Notes under the pieces: model-generated
What the model was told of the DNA's origin: nothing
Databases searched by the model: none
The model's input: only the letters and a program-made list of their open reading frames with translations
Assembly (NCBI GenBank): GCA_034521595.1
Contig: JAXHMG010000003.1
Coordinates: 2,752,001-2,816,000 of the forward strand
DNA from: Gemmatimonadota bacterium
GTDB taxonomy: Bacteria; Gemmatimonadota; Gemmatimonadetes; Longimicrobiales; Gaopeijiaceae
Length of the DNA: 64,000 bases
Direction: 5' to 3'
Translations under genes and position numbers: made by a program
In this document: positions 28,167-37,015 of the stretch, in pieces
Position numbering within the stretch: position 1 is the stretch's first letter
Layout of the letters: each line of letters opens with the position of its first letter

Positions 28167-28712
28167 GCCGCCATCACACGGGCGCATCGAGGGTTCGTCG
28201 ACGTCGCGAGCGAGCCCGGTCGGGGCTCGAGCTTCGTCGTGTACCTCCCGGCGGTATCCACACCGCCGGAGGCGGCCCTCCCGGCGACCGTCCCCGACCC
28301 GTCGGATGCATACGGTCGGCGCCGCGGACACGGAGAGCTCGTCCTGGTCGTGGACGACGAAGCCGCGGTACGATCGATCACGCGACAGTCGCTCGAGTCG
28401 TTCGGCTACCGGGTCCTGACCGCGGCCGACGGGACGGAAGCCGTGGCCGTGTACGGCGAGCGGGGCGACGACATCGAGGTGGTGCTTCTCGACATGGTGA
28501 TGCCGATCATGGGTGGCGCGTCGGCCCCTCGGGCACTTCGCCGCATGAGTCCGGACGTGCGCATCGTCGCGGTCAGCGGCGGGGAGCTCCGCCGGAGCGA
28601 AGCGGGGGACCGTCCTCCGGAAGCCGTCGCGGGTGTGCTCGCCAAACCCTACACGGCCCACGACCTTCTCGACACACTGGCGCACGTGCTCGGGCGGGAC
28701 GTCACCTCCTGA
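28167..28712 (+). pseudogene. 5'-truncated hybrid histidine kinase remnant (end of HATPase plus receiver domain)
   Basis: AAITRAHRGFVDVASEPGRGSSFVVYLP followed by a REC domain (VVDDE, LLDMVMP, KPY). H-box, N-box and G1/F/G2 boxes are absent. Closely resembles the gene at 63284-64000. Confidence 0.7.
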
Positions 28713-28750
28713 CGACCCGCGGCAGGAAGCCTCCTACGACTTCCTCCCGA

Positions 28751-28823
28751 TGGTCGCTGCAGGACTCGAACCTGCGACATCTACGATGTGAACGTAGCGC
28801 TCTACCAGCTGAGCTAAGCGACC
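28751..28823 (-). tRNA. tRNA-Val (CAC)
   Basis: GGTCGCTTAGCTCAGCTGGTAGAGCG-CTACG-TTCACAT-CGTAG...GGTTCGAGTCC-TGCAGCGACCA; CCA not encoded. Confidence 0.95.
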
Positions 28824-28827
28824 AACA

Positions 28828-28900
28828 TACCCCCACGGGGACTCGAACCCCGGTCTTCGCCGTGAGAGGGCGATATCCTAGGCCACTAGACGATGGGGGC
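28828..28900 (-). tRNA. tRNA-Glu (CTC)
   Basis: GCCCCCATCGTCTAGTGGCCTAGGATA-TCGCC-CTCTCAC-GGCGA...GGTTCGAGTCCCCGTGGGGGTA; CCA not encoded. Confidence 0.95.
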
Positions 28901-28954
28901 GTGGTTTCTCCGATTCCGGAGAGCACAGATTCTAAGAAGGGCCTACGAGAACGG

Positions 28955-29677
28955 TCAACCCCCGACCTCGCCGGACTCCAGAAAGCGGAGAACCGCCCGA
29001 AAGACCTCGGCATCGCCGAGCACACCGGGATGCGTGGGACAGCAGACCTCGAGATCGGGAACCCCCGGCAGCGTCGCATTCTCTCCCGGGAGCACGTGGG
29101 TGTCGATCGGCGTGCGAACGGTGAGCGCTTCGACGCCTTCGGGGACCGGAGGTCCCACGTTCAAGCTGTCCAGGAACGAGCTGCCGGGAATCATCTCTTC
29201 CCGGCTCGGGCCCCACGCGAGGTGGGCGGACATCGTGCCACGGTGGGGCGTCGCGAGGAACGCCACCCGCCGCACGGGGACGGGATCGCCGCGGGAGAGG
29301 TACCAACGGGTCGCCAGCCCGCCCATGGAGTGGGCGACGATATCGAGCGAATCCGCCCCCGTCGCCTCGAGGAGCGCTCGCGCGGCGTCGTCGAGCTCCC
29401 TGGCGTGGTCCCGGTTACTTCCCGCCGGCTCCTCGAACGACACGGCCCGGACCCGCTCGGCTGGCCATCCCGCGGACACCAAGCGTGCCCGGAGGTCCGC
29501 GAGGTCCTGCGCGGTATCCAACCAGCCCGGCACGAGCAGGACCGGAAGCCTCGCACCCGCGGGCGAGGTTCGTTCACTCGGCACTTCGGCGCCGCGCTCG
29601 GCCCACGCGGACGAGAGCAGCCAGCCGACCGTTGCCGCCACGAGCACCGCGGCGGCAACGAACACCGCCCGGGTCAC
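28955..29677 (-). CDS. Exported alpha/beta-hydrolase (small lipase/esterase)
   Basis: N-terminal signal/TM; PVLLVPGW; nucleophile elbow VAHSMGG; LATPHRGT; late Asp and His. Confidence 0.85.
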   Translation of the reverse strand: MTRAVFVAAAVLVAATVGWLLSSAWAERGAEVPSERTSPAGARLPVLLVPGWLDTAQDLADLRARLVSAGWPAERVRAVSFEEPAGSNRDHARELDDAARALLEATGADSLDIVAHSMGGLATRWYLSRGDPVPVRRVAFLATPHRGTMSAHLAWGPSREEMIPGSSFLDSLNVGPPVPEGVEALTVRTPIDTHVLPGENATLPGVPDLEVCCPTHPGVLGDAEVFRAVLRFLESGEVGG

Positions 29678-31014
29678 GACAGTCCCTCGATGGCCGTCGC
29701 GACGGCCTCCACTCCGAGCCCCACTTGCCGCTCGGTGAGATGAACCGAAGGGGTGAGCTCCACCACGTTCCCCTCCGGACCCGCGGGGAGCGCGAGCACG
29801 CCCGAGCTCAGGAGCGCCCGGGCGACCCGCGCACCGTCGCCCGCTCCGTCGGAGCGGTCCCGCGGGTCGCCGAGCTCGATGCCGATGAGGAGGCCGAGCC
29901 CGCGCACGTCACGCACGCGGGGGAGTCCGGCCAGCCGGTGCCGGAGCCGGTCGGTCCAATCGCGACCAGCCGCCACGACGCGCTCCCCGATCGCCTCCCG
30001 CTGGTGGGCGTCGAGCACCGCGAGCGCGGCGGCGCATCCGAGTGGGTGCCCGAGGAACGTGCTGGTGTGAATCGCCTCACCGCTGCTTTCCGGCCAGCGG
30101 TCCATGACCTCGGCCCGCCCCAGACAGGCGGAGATCGGCACGCCACCTCCCAGCGCCTTGCCGAGGCAGAGCAGATCCGGCTCGAGCCCGACGGTGGGTG
30201 CGGCGAACATCCCGCCGCACCGACCGGACCCGGTGAACACTTCGTCCGCGATGACGAGCGCGCCCGCTCGCCGGCTCAGCTTCGACAGCTCGGCCATGAA
30301 GCCGTCGGGAGGCACCCGCGCCCCGCCCCGTCCCTGCATCGGCTCGACCAATACGGCCCCGATCGGGTCCCCGTTGGGGGCGCCCTCCTCGAGCGCTTTG
30401 GCGACCTCCTCCAAGACGGCGGTCGCGTCCGGCTCGCCGTTCCGCTCCGGGAAGGGAAGGAATCGCACCCCTCCGTACATGCGGTCGAGAAAGCGCGAGC
30501 GGAAATGGTCACGGTCCGTCGCCGCGAGCGCTCCGAGCGTGAGCCCGTGATACGCTCCCTCGAACGCCACGATGCCGGCCCGCCCGGTCACCACCTGTGC
30601 CGTCTTGAGCGCGGTTTCGACGGCCTCCGAGCCCGTGGACGAGAGCACCGTGCGGGTCTCGCTCCACGGCGACACCGCCGCGAGGCGTTCGAGGAGCTCG
30701 AGCTTGATCCGCGGGGGATGGATGTCCCCCATGCCGTGCAGGAGCCGCCCGGCCTGCCGCTCCACGGCGGACACGACCGCCTCGGGAGCGTGGCCGAGCA
30801 ACCCGACGCCGAAAGCTCCGGTGAGATCCAGAAAGATGTTGCCGTCGAGGTCGCGGACGTTCCCGCCGCGGGCCTCCGTCCAGAAGATCGGCCATCCCTC
30901 GTCCACGTACGTGACGTCGTGAGACTCGACGGCCCGTAGCCGCTCCGCCGCCTCCCGGGAGCGCGGACCCGGCGGCGGTACGCGCAGATCCGGCAGAAGG
31001 GTGCCGAAGCTCAC
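29674..31014 (-). CDS. Class-III PLP aminotransferase (4-aminobutyrate transaminase-like)
   Basis: DLDGNIFLDL, TGSEAVETALK, AFEGAYHG, VEPMQGRGG, IADEVFTGSGRCG, LGKALGGG, HTSTFLGHP. Confidence 0.92.
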   Translation of the reverse strand: MSFGTLLPDLRVPPPGPRSREAAERLRAVESHDVTYVDEGWPIFWTEARGGNVRDLDGNIFLDLTGAFGVGLLGHAPEAVVSAVERQAGRLLHGMGDIHPPRIKLELLERLAAVSPWSETRTVLSSTGSEAVETALKTAQVVTGRAGIVAFEGAYHGLTLGALAATDRDHFRSRFLDRMYGGVRFLPFPERNGEPDATAVLEEVAKALEEGAPNGDPIGAVLVEPMQGRGGARVPPDGFMAELSKLSRRAGALVIADEVFTGSGRCGGMFAAPTVGLEPDLLCLGKALGGGVPISACLGRAEVMDRWPESSGEAIHTSTFLGHPLGCAAALAVLDAHQREAIGERVVAAGRDWTDRLRHRLAGLPRVRDVRGLGLLIGIELGDPRDRSDGAGDGARVARALLSSGVLALPAGPEGNVVELTPSVHLTERQVGLGVEAVATAIEGLS

Positions 31015-31021
31015 CGCCGCA

Positions 31022-31927
31022 TCACCCGGAATCGTCGCCGAGTCTGTCGTCCGCTTGCATCCCCATGATGTGGTATCCCTTGTCCACATGGAGCGTCTCC
31101 CCCGTGATGCCCGAGGCGAGGGGAGAGCAGAGGAACGCCGCGGTCAGGCCCACCTCGTCGGCCGTGTTGCACTCCGGCAGGGCAGCGTTCGCCTGGTAAT
31201 ACTCCACCATGCGGTCGATCGAGCCGATGGCCTTCGCCGCCCGGCTCGCCAACGGACCGGCGCTGATCGTGTTCACGCGGATCCCGTGCCGGCGCCCGGC
31301 CTCGTACGCCAGGGTCCGGGTGTCCGCCTCCAGAGCGGCCTTGGCCGAGCTCATGCCACCGCCGTATCCGGGGATCACCCGCTCCGCCGCGAGATAGGAG
31401 AGGGAAACCACCGCACCGCCCTCACGCAGGAGGGGTCCGAAGCGCTGAACGAGGCTGACCATCGAATACGCGCTCGCGCTCACCGCGGCCAGGTATCCTT
31501 CACGGCTCGTATCGATGAGCGCCTTCTGCACTTCGGGCCCGTTCGCGAGCGAGTGAACCACGATGTCGAGCGACGCGTCGCCGAAGTCCTCCCGGACGCG
31601 ATCCGCGATCTCCTGGACCGTGAACGCGTCGAGATCGGCGTAGCGCTTGTCCGTGCGCACATCCTCCGGCACCTGGTCCGGCGTGTCGTATACGGCGTCG
31701 AGCGGATACACACGCTCGAGCTCGATCTCTCCACCGTCCGGGAGCGCCACGTCGAGCTTTCCGCGCTCGAGGCTCTTGGTGAAGATCCGTAGCGCGGGCG
31801 GCCAGGTCCCCACGCAGACCGAGGCTCCGGCGCGCGCGAGCGCGCGCACGATCGCCCACCCGTAGCCGCGGTCGTCCGCCACACCCGCTACGAAAGCACG
31901 CTTTCCTGTGAGATCGATGGGTAACAT
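31022..31927 (-). CDS. fabI: Enoyl-ACP reductase, plant/chlamydial-type FabI
   Basis: [69 protein letters not shown]. Confidence 0.92.
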   Translation of the reverse strand: MLPIDLTGKRAFVAGVADDRGYGWAIVRALARAGASVCVGTWPPALRIFTKSLERGKLDVALPDGGEIELERVYPLDAVYDTPDQVPEDVRTDKRYADLDAFTVQEIADRVREDFGDASLDIVVHSLANGPEVQKALIDTSREGYLAAVSASAYSMVSLVQRFGPLLREGGAVVSLSYLAAERVIPGYGGGMSSAKAALEADTRTLAYEAGRRHGIRVNTISAGPLASRAAKAIGSIDRMVEYYQANAALPECNTADEVGLTAAFLCSPLASGITGETLHVDKGYHIMGMQADDRLGDDSG

Positions 31928-32080
31928 GTCCTGAGAGCTCCTGAGATTACGGTTGCCGGCTCGGAAAAGTAGTGGATCCGCGAATGCTCGTAGGCCTCTG
32001 GCCGGTCGTTGCGGTCCGGACTTCCCGTACGGGCGCACGTGCCAACGTCGCTCGTGCTCGGGTCCGCACGCAACGAAGCT

Positions 32081-33040
32081 TCAAATCAGGAAGAAGAAGG
32101 CTCCGACATAACCGACGAGGAGGAAGGCCCCCTCCCACCGGCGCAGACGCCAGCCGAGCCAGAGCAGCGGGAAGAGGACCACCGACATGACGGTCACGAC
32201 CGCGAGCTCGTGGGTGAGGACCGTTCGCGCGATCGGAATGGGCGAGACCGTCGCGGTCACCCCCAGGATGCCCGCGAGATTGAAGATGTTCGATCCGATC
32301 ACGTTTCCGACGGCGATATCCGCCTCTTTGCGGATGGCCGCGACGATCGCCGTAGCGAGCTCCGGGAGTGACGTCCCCACCGCCACCACCGTGAGTCCGA
32401 TCACGACTTCGGAGATCCCGAGCGCCGTTCCCACGCCGACCGCGCCTTCGACGATCAAATAACCCCCGGCCACGAGTCCCAGCGAGCCCGCGAGCACGAA
32501 CAACACGTCCTTGAGCCGCGGTGGCGCCGGCTCCGGCTCCTCCGCGACGAACTCCTCGTACTCCCCCAGGATCTCGGGCGCCTTGTCTCCCACGGAACGG
32601 AAGGCGAAAAACAGGTACGCCCCGAGCACCCCGATTAGAACGATCCCGTCGACGCGGCTCACGCTCAGGTCCCAGAAGAGGGGGTACAGCAGAAGGGTGA
32701 TGGCCAACATGATCGGCATCTCGCGCCAAACCACCCTGGAATGGACGTTCAACGGAGTGATGAGCGACGTCAGGCCCAGGATGAGCCCCATGTTGGCGAG
32801 GTTCGACCCCAGAACGTTCCCGGTGGCGATGTCCGGTCGGCCTTCCAGGGCCGCGACCACGCAAACGACGAGCTCCGGCGCCGAGGTTCCGAGCGACACC
32901 ACGGTGAGCCCCACCACGATAGAGCTGACACCGAAGGCCGCGGCCAGTCGCGCCGCCCCCCGCACCATCCACTCGGCGCCGAAGTAGAGCGCGCCGATTC
33001 CGACGACCAGGAGGACCACGTCCACCACGAGAGGGCTCAT
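32081..33040 (-). CDS. Calcium/sodium antiporter (CaCA, YrbG-like)
   Basis: Two alpha repeats: GTSAPE..GNVLGSN and GTSLPE..GNVIGSNIFN. Confidence 0.93.
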   Translation of the reverse strand: MSPLVVDVVLLVVGIGALYFGAEWMVRGAARLAAAFGVSSIVVGLTVVSLGTSAPELVVCVVAALEGRPDIATGNVLGSNLANMGLILGLTSLITPLNVHSRVVWREMPIMLAITLLLYPLFWDLSVSRVDGIVLIGVLGAYLFFAFRSVGDKAPEILGEYEEFVAEEPEPAPPRLKDVLFVLAGSLGLVAGGYLIVEGAVGVGTALGISEVVIGLTVVAVGTSLPELATAIVAAIRKEADIAVGNVIGSNIFNLAGILGVTATVSPIPIARTVLTHELAVVTVMSVVLFPLLWLGWRLRRWEGAFLLVGYVGAFFFLI

Positions 33041-33050
33041 CGGTCGCTCC

Positions 33051-34832
33051 TCACGTGTCGCGGCGGTGGAGCCAGGACTCGAATTCGTCGCGTGTCTTGG
33101 TGTTCAGGACGTCTCCCGGCTCCAGCCAGCCCCGTCGAGCCTGGTCGACCCCGTACCGCATGTCCGCGAGTCCCTCGGGTCCGTGGGCGTCCGTGCTGAT
33201 CACCACCGGGACACCCAATTCTTTCGCTCGGTGAACGTGCACGTCGCTCAGATCCAACCGGTTGGGGTTCGCGTTGAGCTCGACCGCCACGGATAGCTCG
33301 GCCGCCGCTTGAAGCACCGCTTCCACATCGACCGCGAACGGCTCGCGGCGGTTGATGATCCGGCCCGTGGGGTGTGCCAATATATCGACGGCGGGGTGTG
33401 CCATGGCCCGGAGCACCCGATCGGTCATCGTCGTGCGGTCCTGGTCCATCAGCGTGTGCACGGAGACGAGCACCAGATCCAGCCCGTCGAGAATCTCGTC
33501 GGGCAGGTCGAGCGAACCGTCCTTCAGGATGTCGATCTCGGCGCTCCGCAGGAGCAGGATCTCGGGGACGCGCTCCCGGACCTCCTCCACCTCCCGCCAC
33601 TGTGCACGCGCCCGGTCCGGCGTGAGCCCACCGACCATCGCCATGGCCTGGCTGTGGTCCGTCACGGCCATGTACCGGTAGCCCCTCCCGACGCAGGCCC
33701 GGGCCATGTCCTCGAGGGAAGCCCGTCCGTCGCTCCACGTGGAGTGCATCTGGAGGTCGCCGCGGACGTCCTCGAGCGTCACGAGCCCGGGAAGCGCGCC
33801 GTCCACTCCGGCCTCGATCTCCCCACGGTTCTCCCGGAGCTCGGGCGGGATCCAGGGCAAGCCGACCGACGCGTAGACGTCCTCCTCGCTCGTTCCCGCG
33901 ACACGCTCGCCGAACGCGTGCTCGTCCTCCGCCTCCTCGTCCGTCCCGTCGTCCGCATCCTCCGCGGCCTGGAAGACGCCCCATTCGTTGACCCGCAGCC
34001 CCGCACGGACGGCGCGTGTGCGAAGCGCGACGTTGTGCTCCTTGGAGCCGGTGAAGTACACGAGCGCCGCACCGAATCCATTCTCGGGGATGACGCGGAG
34101 GTCCACCTGCAGACCCGAGCGCAGGACGATGCTCCCCTTGGTGGACCCGGAACCGAGCACCCGGACGGTTCCGGCGTAGGAGACGAAGTGCTCCACGATC
34201 TCCCGGCCATCGCCCTCGCACGACACGAGGAGATCGACGTCACCGATGGTTTCCTTGCGTCGGCGCAGCGAGCCGGCCACCTCCAAGCCGCGGATCCCCG
34301 GAGCGGCTCCCATGTGTTCGAGCATCCCTTCGATGAGGCGCTCGGCTTCGTCGATCCGGAAGCGTCCCGTGTGCTTCCGGTAGTCCTCCACGGCGCGCCG
34401 CAGGTTATCCACGCTCTTCGGCCCGAAGCCTTCCAGGCCCGCCAGCGTTCCCCCGGCGAGCGCCTCGTCCAGGTCGTCCACCGTGCGCACCCCCAGCTCC
34501 TCGAAGAGCTTGCGCACCTTCTTGGGTCCGAGTCCCTCGAGGCGTACGAGCTCGGCGAGGGATCGCGGGTACTCGGCCGCGACCTCCTCGAGCCGGCCGA
34601 TGGTGCCGGTCTCCAGGAGCTCGACGATGTGCGCCGCCACGTTGGCACCGATGTCGGGCAGCTCGGCGAGGTCCTCGCCCTCCGAGACCATCTCCGCCAG
34701 GGACCGCCCGGAGCTCCGAACCGTGTTCACCGCGTTGCGGTACGCCCGGATCCGGAACGGATTGGCGCCCTGGATCTCGAGGAGGTCGGCGAGCGTGTCG
34801 AGCTCACGGGCGATATCGAGGTTCTCCATCAT
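33051..34832 (-). CDS. polX: DNA polymerase X / 3'-5' exonuclease (PolX-PHP)
   Basis: NPFRIRAYR, AGSLRR.KETIGDVD, QVDLR, YFTGSKEHN, IPPELRE; PHP motifs DLQMHSTWSDG, TDHS, AHPTGR, STDAH. Confidence 0.95.
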   Translation of the reverse strand: MMENLDIARELDTLADLLEIQGANPFRIRAYRNAVNTVRSSGRSLAEMVSEGEDLAELPDIGANVAAHIVELLETGTIGRLEEVAAEYPRSLAELVRLEGLGPKKVRKLFEELGVRTVDDLDEALAGGTLAGLEGFGPKSVDNLRRAVEDYRKHTGRFRIDEAERLIEGMLEHMGAAPGIRGLEVAGSLRRRKETIGDVDLLVSCEGDGREIVEHFVSYAGTVRVLGSGSTKGSIVLRSGLQVDLRVIPENGFGAALVYFTGSKEHNVALRTRAVRAGLRVNEWGVFQAAEDADDGTDEEAEDEHAFGERVAGTSEEDVYASVGLPWIPPELRENRGEIEAGVDGALPGLVTLEDVRGDLQMHSTWSDGRASLEDMARACVGRGYRYMAVTDHSQAMAMVGGLTPDRARAQWREVEEVRERVPEILLLRSAEIDILKDGSLDLPDEILDGLDLVLVSVHTLMDQDRTTMTDRVLRAMAHPAVDILAHPTGRIINRREPFAVDVEAVLQAAAELSVAVELNANPNRLDLSDVHVHRAKELGVPVVISTDAHGPEGLADMRYGVDQARRGWLEPGDVLNTKTRDEFESWLHRRDT

Positions 34833-36844
34833 CGGATGCGACCCCCCAGCGCTTCGAGCTTCTCGAGAAAGGCTTCGTAGTCGAGCACGGTCACTCCGAG
34901 CTCCTCGGCCTTCTCGAGCTTCGAGCCCGCGTTCTCTCCGGCCACGACGAAGTCGGTGTTGCCCGAGACGGACCCCGCCACCCGCCCCCCGACGTCGCGC
35001 CAGGCGTCCTCCGCCGTCGAGCGGGCCACGGGCAGGGAACCGGTGAACACGGCCGTGCCCCGGTCCTCGGACCGCGCTTCGGTGACCGCGGGCGCCACCG
35101 GTTCGATGCCGCGCGAGAGCAGCTGATCGATGGCCGTCGCATTACGCTCGTCCTCGAAGAAGCTCGCGATCGCCTCGCTCATCTTCGGGCCGATGCCCGG
35201 CACCTCGGCGAGCTCGTCGCGCGACGCCGTACGGATGGCGTCGAAGTCACGAAAGTCGAGGGCCAGCGCCCGCGCGACCGTCACGCCGACCTCCGGAATG
35301 CCGAGCGCGACGAGGAAGCGGTCGAGGTCGGGCTTCCGCTTCGACCGGATCGCGTCCACGAGCGCGGCCGCCGACTTCTCGGCGAAGCCATCCAGCGTGC
35401 TCAGGGGCTCGGCGTCGAGGTCGAAGAGCTCGTGCAGCCCACGAACCCAACCCAGATCCACGAGGAGGTTCGCCGTCTCGACCCCGAGCCCCTCGATGTC
35501 GAGCGCCGAGCGCGACCCGAAGTGGACGATCCGGGCCTTGAGCTGCGCCGGACACCCGAAGCGGTTCGGACATCGCGTGCGCGGACCGTCCCGCTCCACG
35601 GGCGTGCCGCACACCGGACAGGTATCCGGCATCTCGAACGGAGGAGACCGGTCGTCCCGGTGCTCGATGACCTCGACCACCTGAGGGATCACGTCGCCGG
35701 CCCGCTGCACGCGCACGGTATCCCCTTCCCGCAGGTCCCTCCGCCGGAGCTCCTCGCGGTTGTGCAGCGAGGCGCGGGACACGGTCACCCCCCCGACGAC
35801 CACGGGGCGCAGGAAGGCCACGGGCGTCAGCACGCCGGTGCGGCCCACCTGAACGTCGATCTTGTCGAGACGGGTCACCTCCTGACGGGGCTCGAACTTG
35901 TACGCGAGCGCCCAGCGAGGGTGGTGCGAGGTCGAGCCCATGGCCCGCCGGGCCTCGAAGTCGTCGAGCTTGATCACCACCCCGTCGATCTCGTAGTCGA
36001 GCTCGTCCCGGGCCTCGGCGAACCGCCCATGGTAGGCGAGCACCTCCTCGACGCTCGTCACGACCTCGACCCGGTCCGGCAGCTTGAATCCCCAGTCACG
36101 GATCGCGGCCATGCTCTCCGTATCCGAGGCGAAGGGCGGGTCGGCGACGAGCACGTCGTAGACCAACACGTCGAGACGTCGCCGGGCGGTGACGGCGGGA
36201 TCGAGCTGACGGATGGCCCCGGCCGCGGAGTTGCGCGGTGAGGCATAGGGCTCGTGTCCCTCGTCGACCAAGCGCGCGTTGAAGTCCTGGAAGTCGGAGA
36301 TGTACATCAGCACCTCCCCCCGGAGGGCGACGAAGCGGGCCGGAGCCCTGTGGTCGTCCCGGAGCCGGAGCGGGACCGACCGGATCGTGCGGATGTTCTC
36401 GGTGACCTTCTCGCCCAGGTGCCCGTCCCCCCGCGTGACGGCTCGCACGAGCGCCCCCTCCTCGTACACCAACTCGATGGAGGCACCGTCGAGCTTCGGC
36501 TCGAGCACGTAGGACGGATCCACGCCATCGCCGAGCGCTTTGCGGACACGGGCGTCGAAGCGGCGGACCTGGTCCGGATCCTCGGTCGAGTCCAGGGAGA
36601 GCATGGGCTCGACGTGGCGCACGGTCTCGAACCCCTCCTGCGGTGGCGCGCCCACCCGCTGGGTGGGGGAGTCCGCGGTACGCAGCTCGGGATACCGCTC
36701 CTCGAGGGCGAGGAGGCGCGAGAACATGCGATCGTACTCGGCGTCGGAGACGGCGGGCCGCGCCTCCACGTAGTAAAGATGCGCATGCCGCTCGATCTCG
36801 GCGCGCAGCCGCTCGGCCTCCCGAACCACTTCGTCAGGGGGCAT
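34829..36844 (-). CDS. ligA: NAD-dependent DNA ligase
   Basis: SDAEYD, PMLSL, EPKLDG, TRGDG..GE, RGEV, DGVVIK, ALAYKF, VGRTG, C4 zinc finger, HhH motifs, BRCT (GSVS..TDFVVAGENAGSKL). Confidence 0.97.
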   Translation of the reverse strand: MPPDEVVREAERLRAEIERHAHLYYVEARPAVSDAEYDRMFSRLLALEERYPELRTADSPTQRVGAPPQEGFETVRHVEPMLSLDSTEDPDQVRRFDARVRKALGDGVDPSYVLEPKLDGASIELVYEEGALVRAVTRGDGHLGEKVTENIRTIRSVPLRLRDDHRAPARFVALRGEVLMYISDFQDFNARLVDEGHEPYASPRNSAAGAIRQLDPAVTARRRLDVLVYDVLVADPPFASDTESMAAIRDWGFKLPDRVEVVTSVEEVLAYHGRFAEARDELDYEIDGVVIKLDDFEARRAMGSTSHHPRWALAYKFEPRQEVTRLDKIDVQVGRTGVLTPVAFLRPVVVGGVTVSRASLHNREELRRRDLREGDTVRVQRAGDVIPQVVEVIEHRDDRSPPFEMPDTCPVCGTPVERDGPRTRCPNRFGCPAQLKARIVHFGSRSALDIEGLGVETANLLVDLGWVRGLHELFDLDAEPLSTLDGFAEKSAAALVDAIRSKRKPDLDRFLVALGIPEVGVTVARALALDFRDFDAIRTASRDELAEVPGIGPKMSEAIASFFEDERNATAIDQLLSRGIEPVAPAVTEARSEDRGTAVFTGSLPVARSTAEDAWRDVGGRVAGSVSGNTDFVVAGENAGSKLEKAEELGVTVLDYEAFLEKLEALGGRIR

Positions 36845-37015
36845 CTCGGGCGCATCGGGGCCGTCGCTCCGCTGATTCGAGGTCAGAGGTCCAAGGACTC
36901 CGTCGCGGGGGGGTGGTGTCGCGGATCCAGCGATGGCAAATATGGCGACGGATCCCCTTTACGGACTACGGGGCTCCACGCCCTTCGATTTCCGCCCCCC
37001 GTACCGGAGCGCTCC

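Noticed and set aside
33073-33083. CAGGACTCGAA match to the tRNA-Val T-arm as a possible att site
   Set aside because: Only 11 bp, inside the polX coding sequence, on the wrong side of the tRNA, and no integrase is present.
33735-33765. PolX PHP motif DLQMH (Gln in place of the first His) as a sign of inactivation
   Set aside because: The QxH variant occurs in other bacterial PolX PHP domains, and the remaining metal ligands are intact.
33051-36844. NHEJ operon
   Set aside because: The ligase is NAD-dependent LigA, and no Ku or LigD domains are seen.
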